Assembly: GCA_010909165.1 (NCBI GenBank)
Contig: MU008158.1
Span: 2,381,478-2,445,477, forward strand
Direction of reading: 5' to 3'
Length of the DNA stretch: 64,000 bases
DNA from: Anthoceros angustus
Lineage: Eukaryota; Plantae; Anthocerotophyta
Under the pieces are notes generated by a model. It was not told where the DNA came from and did not search any database. It saw nothing but the letters and a program-made list of their open reading frames with translations. Each line of letters opens with the position of its first letter. Positions within the stretch are counted from its first letter, which is position 1. This document shows positions 38,101 to 49,202 of this stretch, piece by piece. A program made the translations under genes and the position numbers.

Positions 38101-41098
38101 AATTGATTAGAATAATGATTTTAGAATATCAGCTAAAATAATTTTAGAAAAGAAAATGTCAGCTAAAATGGTCATGATTAAAATGGTGGTTTTGAAATGA
38201 CCTCTTGGTCTTTCTTTTGTTTTTGTGATAGCGAATGGTGGCACTCTATGTCGCATCGCACTACAAGAATACGCCGAATGACTTGCAGTTGATGGCAGAT
38301 GCCCCTGCACACCATCTTTTTGTCCTTGTGGGTTAGTGTTCATTCAAATTATTGGATGATGCCATGTATGCATGTCTACGTATTTCAACCTTGGTCATAT
38401 TATCAACAGCCATTGACACTTGCTGTACAATATGTAGGTCCGGTGGACGAAACAAAAAAACATATGCCAGACATTTTGTGTGTACTCCAGGTTAGTGTTG
38501 TGATGGCCAGTCGTTGGATATTTACACTTGCCAGTTGGTTGCAATGGTTTTGATATTTGGTGACATCACCTGGATACTCAGGTTTGTCTAGAAGGTGCTA
38601 TTTCCAAGCAGTCAGCCATGAGGAGCTTAAGCCAGGGCAATCAACCAACAGGAGATTTGATTCCTTGGACAATCAGTCAGCAATTTCAAGATTCTGAGTT
38701 CCCAGGGCTTTCAGGTGCCCGGATCGTGCGAATTGCTGTTCACCCGAATCTTCTCAGGGTGAGTTGAAACTCAGTTTCATGCTTGTCAGTATTACTTGTG
38801 ACACCATTCATTCATTATTGCCTACATTTCTGTGCAGGCTGGCTATGGCTCGGTTGCTGTTGATATTCTCACGAGGTCAGATTGCCTGAAAGAATTGTCA
38901 ACTCAGGTGTTACCTTGCAGATGACAAAGCTGACTGTCAGCTTCATTTTGCAGATACTTCGAGGGTCAGTTGACAGATCTAAACGAAATGGATGAAGACG
39001 TTTCAGAAGTCAGAAAGGATCCTGTAAAAGTCACAGAGGCAGCTGCTGAGGTCAGGCACCGTGTCTCTGTGATTAGGAATATTGCTGTTTGACCCCTACC
39101 ACTGTACTTCGTGGTCTTGCAGTTGTGAGGTGTTGGCTCTTGTGAGTTTGTGATAGTTGATAACTTACCCGAAGTCTGGACACTGTGTTATTCCAGGTAT
39201 CACTTCACAAAGAACAGATAAAGCCAAGAAAAAAGTTGCCTCCTTTGCTAGTTAGGTTGAATGAAAGGAAACCTGAGAAACTCCACTACATTGGTGTCTC
39301 ATTTGGAGTGACTCAGTCTCTTTACAATTTTTGGAGAAAACTCAAATTTCTTCCTCTTTATATCCGCCAAACGCCTGTGAGTCTCTAGCAGAACATGTGC
39401 AAATGCTTTTTGGTTATGGGTTTGAAGGTATGTGCCTTATCGAAGGAAGTTGGATTCTCAGAGTGAAATCACAGGAGAACATACATGTATTGTATTAAGA
39501 GCGCTGCAGAACGATGACATTGATGCCACAAGCACAGACCCTGGTGGTTGGCTGCATCCTTTGAATTCTGGTCTGCCTCCGTACGGACCCTTTGTGTGGC
39601 TTAAGCTTGAACTGTGTGAGATTTGTAGCCTTTGCTTCAGGTCTGATGGGATAGATTTTCTCTGCAGACTTTCGAATGCGTTTTATGTCTCTACTGGGTT
39701 ATAACTTCAAGACATTCAGCCCTGCACTTGTTCTCAGGTTTGACGATTTACTCTCAGTTGGTGACGATGCAGAAATTTTCTACTGCGATATGTTTTCTAC
39801 TTCAATATGTTTTATGAACTTACCGTTCCATTCAACTATGTGTGCTTGTTGCAGCATTTTGAATCCTAAAATTGGGTTCTCTGAGCATGAAGCAAGGGAA
39901 GGAACAAGTGTTCAAGGAATTTTTGACAGTGCCACACCCCTCACACCTTATGACATGAAGCGGCTTGAATCATATGCCAGGAACCTTGTGGATTATCATC
40001 TGGTCTGAGCATATATGTCATTTCCTCAAAGCGTTCCCTTACCGTTGCTGTTCTTCATGGCGTTCAGTTCTGAACGCTGCTGTGTTGCTGCAGGTTTTGG
40101 ACCTCGTGCCATACCTTACCAAGCTCTACTTTCTGGAACGGCTGCCAGTGACTCTTTCTCACTCTCAAGCAGCAATACTTGTTTGTCTAGGACTACAATA
40201 TCAAAGTCTAGAGTATGTTGAGGTGATTCCATTCTGATTGACAACTTGATGGTCACACGTCTTGTTTCAGCAATGCGGTGGGCTGTACATTTGTTGATCC
40301 CTTATACGTCGTGCTGTGGCTGCAGGCTCAGCTGAAACTGCCTGCAAACCAAATTCTTGCACTGTTCAACAAAACTGTCAGGAAACTTCATGGACAGTTG
40401 CATAAGGCAGCAGAGAAGCGAATAGAAGCAAGTTTGCCAAGAGTGAAAGAGGTCCCTTTTCCTTCCCAGAGCTTGTTTGTGTTCCCTGTATGTGTTGGAT
40501 TCGTTCCAACACAAGTTACTGCTTCTGTTCTCTGTCTCTGGTTGTTTCATGAACTGTCAAATTTTAGACAACCCACCGTGTCGTCCGCGTTTGCTTGTTG
40601 CTGTTGGTCTTAGAAGATGTTCTTATTTGGCTTTCGGTGGGTACAGGTGAGAATGAATCCTCATATTAAAAGTGTGGACGAGGACCTGGTTAATGGGGCA
40701 CGAGAAGTCGAGGTGAAGCCCATTCCGTTTTCGTCCTCTTTGACGATGCAGGCTACAGTCTGCACTGTTATGTGTTTCTAACTACTGACACACCATATCC
40801 TCTAAAATGTGTGCAGGCAAAGATGCAAAGCGTGTTTGATCCCGAGCGTGTTCAGCATTCTGCTGCCTCTGGCTTGCAGGACGGTTTTGATGAAGCTATC
40901 TCAAGGGCAGGTGGCAAGCTCCCTACAACCGGCCTTATCAGCGTCAAAGTTAGCGGTGACACGCCTGCTCCTGAAAAGAAAGGATACAAGAGGAAAGAAA
41001 ATGGAGGAAGTCATTCGGGCAAGAAATCAGGAAAGACTCGACGGTCCGACCTCGGAGCGAGACTTGGGGCTCACCGATCTGAGGATAGGGTGAGGTGA
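32130..41098 (+). CDS. NAT10: RNA cytidine acetyltransferase (NAT10/Kre33), multi-exon, interrupted in this assembly by a ~3-kb duplicated segment
   Basis: MRKKVDERIRTLVENGV..RSLFVVVGDKG; helicase Walker A TAARGRGKSAALG; VIDEAAAIP; YVASHYKNTPNDLQLMADAPAH; GNAT region GARIVRIAVHP..GYGS; basic C-terminal tail. Confidence 0.95.
35187..38197. repeat. Deletion-riddled first copy of a tandem duplication whose intact copy is 38198-43878
   Basis: 35187-35400 matches 38198-38415; 35560-38197 is a compressed copy of about 40820-43878 (NAT10 3' end, VDR, VDR promoter); junction microhomology TGA. Confidence 0.9.
36100..37613 (-). pseudogene. Degenerate second copy of VDR (pseudogene or assembly artefact)
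   Basis: Identical N-terminus MATSCVAAASNLL.. and fragments such as LERCGIKVWELFKVDN, broken by many deletions and frameshifts. Confidence 0.7.
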
Positions 41099-41477
41099 AT
41101 TTTGTGTAGGACCTTGGTACTAGACAGTTCTGGAGGCCTGGAGCACCAGAAGATCGGCCTTGTCTTCCTCGGGTCAAGGTAGCTTGGGGTCCGATCCTCA
41201 ACATCTACCCGCACGTGCATGGCGCAAGATCCGTGCTCGAAGGACGTGTCATTGCTTCGATGTGTTCTTTTGATCTTTTCACTCCATTGAACTATGTGAC
41301 AGATCTGTGTGTGCTCACTGCAGCATCTTGAATCCCATTTTGGTTTCGTACTTAAGCTCCCGGGCACATGCACCACTTTATTTTGTGCAGTTGCTCGACG
41401 ACGATTGCCTTGCAGAGTGAATTGCGTTTAGAACATAAAAATGGAAGGAGGGTTAGAAGAAAGTTGATGGATGGCTA

Positions 41478-43280
41478 TCATGTCAAAGGTGCACATGTCG
41501 GCTCCACAAGACTTTCCTGGGGAGGCACATCCTCGGGTAAGCCAAGGGGTGCATCCGTGCAACATGCGTTGTCCACCTTAAACAGCTCCCAGACTTTGAT
41601 TCCACATCTCTCCAAAGCAGCATTGAGCCGGTCGCTTTGGCTTGGATCTGGCCACTGCCCGTCTGGAGTGGCAAGCACAGCACCAGTGTATGCCTGCCCA
41701 GCAGCAGCGGCAGCTCCGCTGTAATAGAAGAGCCCCCATGACAAGTCATTGGGCACATCGACAACTCGCCAAAACTCCTTGGACACCACACCGTTATCCA
41801 GCACAGTGAAGAAGAATGTGCCGGGAGTGTCAGATGCTTTCACCCTGTAGTGGCGTCTTCGCCAAACCGTCTTGCCATCCAGGGTCTTCACCTGGAAAAC
41901 TGGATCGTACCATAACGAGTTCCTGGCTCGTCCCCTGTAAAAAATCTGGTACTGGCAAGGAAACTGATCGTAGGCCGCATTCTGGCCTGCCACCACTCTC
42001 CAACTCCATCCCAGCTCCTGCTCAAGACAAGGCACACGCATCAGTGATGAACAGCGGGGAGACTTAAATGCAACGATACTCACAGTATGGACTCTGGAGT
42101 GCTGCAACCTTCAGCCAGCCGATTAGAAGATTTTCAGCCAGAGCGTGAGTGAGAACTTGTCCCCTGAACAAGGCCATAGGCTGCACATCCGGCTGCATCT
42201 GGATTTCGGCGCACAGACCCAGACAGTTGTGCTTCTGCAGAATGCAAAGAGTGAAGGCCTCCAACAGCGGGCTTTCATAAGAAACAATGCACCTATAGCT
42301 GCAAACCTGATCAGTGGGTGCACAGTTTTGCAGACAAGCAAGGGCATTCCGACACTGAGGGTCCAGGAGGCATGCAAGAACTTGCGGGCCACAGTTCTTG
42401 ACCATGCATTGCACTGACTGCAGGCTGTTAGCTCTCAGATTCTGCAAGCTCTTCACGGGAGTTACATAAGCGTCGATGAGGACTTGAAGGGCAAACAAGA
42501 TATTATCGCTGCTCAGTCGATTCCATGATTCCGAGATAATGCTCATCTTCTTCAGAGCCTCCTTCGTCTTGCTCAGGGGCAAAGCGGCTCCAAGGCGCTC
42601 TACTAACCCCATATTCGAGACTTTCACGCCCCCTAATCTTGATTCCAGTTCAGATAGAGACTCAAAAGCTACAAGGGTTCCAACGTCCTTCGTCACCTCA
42701 ACAATCCACCTCACCGACACTGCATTTTCCAAATTCACTGCAACCACAATATCTGCTTCCCTGAAAACGTCTTCATGACCAGAACCAAGCCCTCCATCGT
42801 CGAGCACCACCATGTGAAATCCACTGTCCACCCATGCCAACTTGCGAGCCATGTGGTCCATGACTTCCTTCCAGGGCACATCCTCCCACGGGCTAAGGCT
42901 ACCACAACCGACAACTGCAGCCACAGGATGCCACTGCCTTCATCCTCCCACACACACAATTAGAAGTGAAAGGCCGGGATGGGGAACGGAGCTCAACCTG
43001 CAACCAACCTCGCCCTGGCTTCATCTGTGAAGCCGTCCCGTTGGGCTGACCCCAATTCGCTGGCCAATGCGGGGGCAGGTAAGCCTCTGGACAGGGTGGG
43101 GACCCGGTGGTCGTGAGTCCAGAAATGCGAATCAAACGGACGATGCCACGCTCTAACCGGCCAGCATGGGACGTAACTGGAGGATGCAGCAAAGCGGCTT
43201 CCTGCTCGCCATCTGGTTAAGTCACCATGCGCATTCGCCGAGAGAAGATTAGAAGCAGCTGCCACACAGCTTGTCGCCAT
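41478..43280 (-). CDS. VDR: Violaxanthin de-epoxidase-related protein (plastid, Cys-rich plus lipocalin-like domain)
   Basis: Transit-peptide-like N-terminus; intron 42997-42915 gives RLVAVVGCGSLSP; CMVKNCGPQVLACLLDPQCRNALACLQNC..QVCSYRCI; WSWRVVAGQNAAYDQFPCQYQIFY; GIKVWELFKVDN. Confidence 0.93.
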
Positions 43281-44616
43281 TCTCCGTTCTGACTGATCGT
43301 CAACCGCTCTCAAAACTCAGCTAGCCATCAAAGTGCAAGTGCAGTCATGCAGCCTTGCAAGACACTCTCGTGCAGGAATCGAAGCTGCAAGGCTTGCGGC
43401 TATCCCTCGTCACGCTTTCGCTCCTTACAGAGCACCTGTGTTGTCCATCTTTACAGTGAGGACTGAGAGCTTTGTGAAACGTGACCTCACAGTGCGAGCT
43501 CAACAGACAGCCAAGGAGGAGGCAAAAAAAGCTTTGAGACTTAAGTCTTAGAACAGCACGTCCTGCAAATCACAGCTACTTAGAAGGAGCCTCACAGGGG
43601 CACCTCGACCTTCCCACGGTACGTCGAGTCCATCCCTTTGTCCATGGCTTTTGCCCTTCTTTCTCCAGTCGAGCCCATAAAAAAATGAAAAAGGATAATC
43701 AACTATAAGAATTTAAAGCTCAAATTATTACTAGGTATTCATAATCTTTCATAATACATATAATAAAGTTGAAATATCAATTGATTAGAATAATGATTTT
43801 AGAATATCAGCTAAAATAATTTTAGAAAAAGAAAAATGTCAGCTAAAATGGTCATGATTAAAATGGTGGTTTGAAATGATTTACGATCTCTCACAAACTT
43901 AAGTGGAAGTGGGATTCCTAGTTCATACCAAATGGCTACATGTCTTCCATATCTGCAAGTTTCCTCCCAGCCGCAGTCACGTATCCGAAACTTTTCGTCC
44001 TTTTTTGTGTCCTGTCTGGTTTTTCGATCTCCAGTCTGGTGTTCGAGGCCATCCATATCTCAAAATCTACAGGTGGGTAGTCCATGTCGGCTTTCTTGGG
44101 TCCCGTGAAGGCTGGACAGGTTTTGTGCTTGTAGCACTTGGTATCTGACTTGCCCAAAAAGTGAGGGCTACGCACACTACAGGTAGGAGTTTGTTCGGAT
44201 TTCAGATTCCTGGGCTTGAAAGCAAAGCACGAGCAAGCTGCTTGAAATCTGACCTCTGCCCTAATGTTGTGCTACAGTTGTGCTCAATTCTGGAAGTGGT
44301 GCTCTTGCCATGACCTTTACCGTCGACTTGAAGGGAATTCGCGCATGAGGAGATTGCAACTGATGCAGTGTTAGGGCAAAGTGGTAAGGTGCTCGCTTGA
44401 CGGCTTGGTTGTGGAGCGTGACTGCTGACTGGAAGATTCACGGGATTATTTGGGGTGTTGTTTGTGTTACATAGTAGTTTGCTAGCATTAGGATTCTTCC
44501 ACTATCCACTTCAACCACACCTGCTGAGTTTTCTCAGCTTCAGTCGTCCTGTTTTTGTCGTACAGAGGGGCACCAGGCGCAAGGACAGTAAGTGTTGTCT
44601 CTGGTGATCTCTGTCT

Positions 44617-46261
44617 ATGGCGACTCTTCCAAGTGTGCAGAGCGTCTCCTCATGTGCAAGCCCCTTGGCCATGGGCCACGATTTGTCGACGACTTCTGTG
44701 TCTGCCCAGTCCTCTTCCTACGCTTTCTTCCCTTTTTCTCTGCCGCGATCAACTGGCGGGAGGGGAACCAGTGGGCATCCCTCGAATTTAAGCCCAGGTG
44801 TCCACAGCCAGTTGACTGCTTGCAGCTGCTCTCCCTCTCCCTCTTCCAAAGGAGGTTTGGATAGGCAATCCAACTCCTCCGTGCAGGGCAGCTTCTCGTT
44901 TCGGCGGAGCGAATTCTTTACCTCGTTTCGAGCCAACTTGGGGAAATGGGCTGGCCGCTATGAGCAGGATAGCGGCCGTAGTTTGCAGGTTTTTGCCAAA
45001 GGAGATGACTCTATGTCTTCGGAGATGTCTGTGGAGAGTGCTTTGAAGCTGCTGGGGGTTGCCCAAGGGGCCACCTTTGATGAGATATTGAGGGCCAAAA
45101 AAATGCTGGTTGACAGTAGCGGAGGAGACACTGACCAGGTCAGACAGGTACTCCCGTTGTAACAAGGTACCCCCGCAAATTCGGGTTTTGTGATGTCGGG
45201 GCCTCAACAGCCGCCTATTTTCAGGGAGCGGGGATGGTTGGCGCATAGTGCTTTACCCCTCTTTCTTGACTAGTCAGGTTCTGCTGGTGCTAGTGCGCAT
45301 TCTGGGTAGACGCCTTTCGTTGGATGGCTGACGGAGGGCTTCGTTTGTTTGCAGGTGGAAAGGGCATATGACATGCTGTTGATGCAGAGCCTTATGGATA
45401 GAAGAGCAGGGAAGGTTCTAGACAGTGCTGTGCGATATGCGGATGTTCGAAAGGTGAAGGCAGCATCTCCAGCTGGGGGACCAGGGCCTGAGTGGCTGAA
45501 GCGAGCCCTCAGTAAAGTACCTGTGACAGTGGAATCTCCTCCTGTCAGCACAATTGGGACACAGACTGCTGTGTATGCGGCTCTCATGGTCTGGACGTTT
45601 GCCAATGGTGTTACCTCTACCTCAGGAGATTTGTCTGGTGCTGCGGGAGCTGATGTTCCTGGGCTAGTGCTTGCCCTTGGGTTTGGAGCCTCACTGTACT
45701 TTCTGCGGAAGCAGAACATCAAGCTAGGTATGATCCTGCACATTCAAACGATGATGAATCCTGCTGCCTTGGTGTTGCGGGCTAGTGGATTTGTGGCTAT
45801 GGTCAGGCTGGTGGCAGTACATGGTATTATGCCTGATGGTTTTATGCATGCCTGCTTGCTGATGGGTTTCGTGCCAGCCCTGTTTTTACTCAATGCATCT
45901 TATGAGAGGCTGCAAGTGAAGCGTAAGATTCAGGCAGTTTGCTAATTTAACAGTTACAGCTCGCCACAACTTTTGCAGATCATGTAGAATTGTGGCATGA
46001 GATGAGCCCTTGCGTTCTTGGGATGGTTGAGTCGAAGGTTTTCATCAGCCGTGCTCTTCATGACATGCCACCTGAATTTGTGCAGGAAAAGCAGCAGCCA
46101 TAACCGTTGCAGGGCTTGTGGCTGGAGCATTTCTTGGGGGAGTGGTGGAATCTTGGTTGCGGGTGGACATTGTCCCCGTACTGGGTGTTGGATCGCCAGC
46201 AACCGTGGTTAGCGAGTTCGTGCTCGTGTCCCTGTGGCTATCATCCCTGTATTTACGATGA
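44617..46261 (+). CDS. Plastid J-like DUF3353 / CPP1-family membrane protein
   Basis: Ser-rich transit peptide; EMSVESALKLLGVAQGATFDEILRAK..|VERAYDMLLMQSL..RRAGKV..RYADV; several C-terminal TM helices ending LSSLYLR*. Confidence 0.88.
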
Positions 46262-47779
46262 TGAGTAACTGCACCCATCCTTAGCGTCGGTGTTACCAGC
46301 AGGCTGCAGGAATCAGCGTCTGACGGTACAGACCAGGGAGATGTACATTGATGTCGAATTATGTTGCTAGAGTACAAAATTGCAAGTTCACGGAGGGGCA
46401 AAGATGCATTGTGGATTGGCAGCTACGTATACATATGTATGATGTATTGTAACTTTGTAATGAGTTTCTGGATGTGGGAGGGGTGTTGCAACTCAGGTTC
46501 TGTGCTTCAGGTTTGAGTAGCTAAGCCTGCTGTGGGGCCTGTGCCTTGCGGCCAGCGGTTTGATTCTTTCTGCCAACCAGATGCACGAGTCTCTGGGGAC
46601 GTTATTCCTTCTGTGAGACTTGTGATGACTTAAGATGCAGATTTTTCAATGAAAGCGATAGGTATACTCATTTGAAATTCGCTGGAAAGAGTAGGTCTCC
46701 GTACCTAAAACAATCCGTACAGGAGGGCATATTGTTTCATCCTTCCACCTACAAGCTGCAAAGCTACATCCCGGCCTACTCGTTTTTACAGTACCGCGAC
46801 ACGCGGTTCGGAAGTGACACGTTAATCCGTTTTAAAATTTTGTTTGTGGAGCTCCAAAGAGCTCAGCCCAAAAAGTGGAGTATGCCGCTATTTCATGTCC
46901 CGCGCACGGTATTCTTTAGTAAAAGGCGAAAGAATAGTTCGCTATGCGCTGAACACACGGCTCATGATACACACAGAAGTGAACGCAAGTATAAGTAAGG
47001 CCGCAGAGGGAACGCGGTTTAGGTGACCAATATGGGATAATACATGTCGGCCAGGGAAACTTGCGTCGCTTACCATTCTCAATGGTATGCGCACCAATGC
47101 CAGCCGCTCCGTCTCGTCCTGAGGTAAACTGGAGTCGCCACAGTCTGATTTATGTGTGGTACGAGTTTGTCTCACACTAGGGACCAAGGGTTTCATCAGG
47201 TGCTACAGGCGAGGAGGTCTGGCTGATTACTGTTGGAGATGCATGTATCACGAGGTCAGTGTCGCGCTACATCGCTTTGAAACGACGACTGGAAGGCGGT
47301 GCCACTGTTCACTCTGCAATTGCACAGTCTGATGAAGCACACCCTTGTCCTGTCGGAGTCGTGACGAGGGGGGTTCACTGCTTCACTTGATCAATGATGA
47401 CTGGAGTTGAGTGATCACGTAGTATGTAACTACGGACCGTGGCTTTATCGCTTTCAGATGACGTGTTTACACGACCCGGGTCGCCACCTTATGCTCGTGC
47501 TGACGCGGACTGTGCAGTGGCCAGTAGCAAGCGAGTCCAAATTATGGTGGTCACCTCGCTTCTGGAGACTGCCTTTCAGGAAAGGTTGCAGCAAAGTTGT
47601 ATATGCATGCTGAATGCTGATGGGGGAATTATAAGCCGCAGGGTCTGATGATGAGTTACGTGACGTAAGAGGCTGCGCAAGCTCGGAGCTCCTGGCCCCG
47701 GAGACGGCGATAGGCGCTTCGGAATTGCCGAGGGCGAGGGTTGCAAGTGCAAGTGAAAGGGAAAGGGCAAGGGCAACGC

Positions 47780-47797
47780 TTTAGGGTTTAGGGTTTC
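47780..47797 (-). promoter_or_regulatory. Tandem telo-box / short interstitial TTTAGGG repeat
   Basis: tttagggtttagggttt. Confidence 0.5.
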
Positions 47798-49202
47798 TGA
47801 CTCAGAATTTCATGCGTGCATTCCATTCGTATGTGCGATGACGAAGAAGAGCAGGTCCGAGCAGTTGAATCCTGAACTCTAAACTCCCGTCCCAGCTCCC
47901 GCCCCCGCGTTGTTAAACGCGCCATGGTTGCGTGCGTCACATCGGCATCTCAGCGCTCTCCACTGAAGCAGTCCCAGTCCCAGGCCCCATTCCCTGCCAT
48001 GGCCATGGCCGGAGCGCGGCACCTGTACGCGCTCGCGCCCGAAGCAAGGGCCGCCTGGAGGCGTCGCTCCAAACGAGCTGATGGGTTTCGCTGGCCCGTC
48101 TCCCTCGCCTTCTTGGCATCTGCGGAACATGATTCGGTTCTGTCAGGTCACTTCCCCGTCGTGCGCCACGCCCGCCCGCCACGTCCCAACTAAATAACAT
48201 GAGTGCCGGTTTTCCCCGGGGCCGGGGCCGGGGCCGGTCGTGACTTGCTGTCGACGGTTCATTTCATTTTTTACACACATGCCCTGCCGCTTGTTATCCT
48301 CGCCACGACTTCGATAGAGTCTATCTAGGTCGCGTCGGGAAAAGCTTCAATTCGGAATGCGTTTACAACTTTAGTCCTAAACAGCATACCTTAACACTGT
48401 TGCTGTTGCGGATGAGACACTTGTATTTCGACGACGCCAGCTCGCCGTCTTTCCCTTCCCCATCCCTCCCCGGCTGTGTCAGGCGAGTCTCGCAGGAGAA
48501 CCAGGTGTGATTGAAGGTTGCCTGTGCACGCCAGGTCCGCTTCCAAGCAACCAAACCCGATCCGGCTCGCCAAGTAGGTGGATTGGAGTCACTTGACCAC
48601 CGGCGCCCGCATCTGCCCCTGCCCGCCCATTTCGTCTTTCGTGTTGTTCCCGCTCAGCCATACCTGTCCGATTTGCAGCGCCACGCCCGCCCCGTCACCT
48701 CATTGAAACGACGCCTGCGCAGGCCATCTGCAGCATGCAGGCTCTTATAATGGATGCTTCTTGGCCGCCTCATGATAAGTGCACTGGTCGGCAATCGGCA
48801 TGTCCTGGACTCTCAGATTTGCAGTGACTCGCTGTAAACGGCTTCGGACCCTCGGCCTCCAGTCGGCGACACTGTTCAGGTTTGTGCTGGCAACTTTGCT
48901 TTCGCTCAGCTGCCATTTCCACATCCTTGCTCTGTTGCATGTCACATTAATTGGAGAGCTGTTGCAGGCGCCCGCTCCCTGCATAGCACTGCTGCTTGCC
49001 AATCTTGACACTCACGCCCGCACGCGTCTACAAAGCAGAGCCGTCTCTCTGCCTTCTTGTCGCTCACACCGCCTGCGCCGGCCTTGCTTTCTGTCTTCCC
49101 GCACCGTTGATTTGATAGAGATCTCCTGCTTTGCTGCGACTTGCTACTAGTGCGGCTAGCCTGTTCCCCAACCTTGCTACGGGTCTACGGGATTCGGGAG
49201 TC

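Noticed and set aside
42899-43000. Apparent frameshift and stop in the intact VDR copy
   Set aside because: Explained by an 83-nt GT-AG intron (42997-42915) that restores the conserved frame.
47780-47797. Telomere or chromosome-fusion relic
   Set aside because: Only about 2.5 TTTAGGG units; better explained as a telo-box.
48216-48237. (GGGGCC)3 G-quadruplex
   Set aside because: Only three full G-tracts; a common GC-rich promoter motif.
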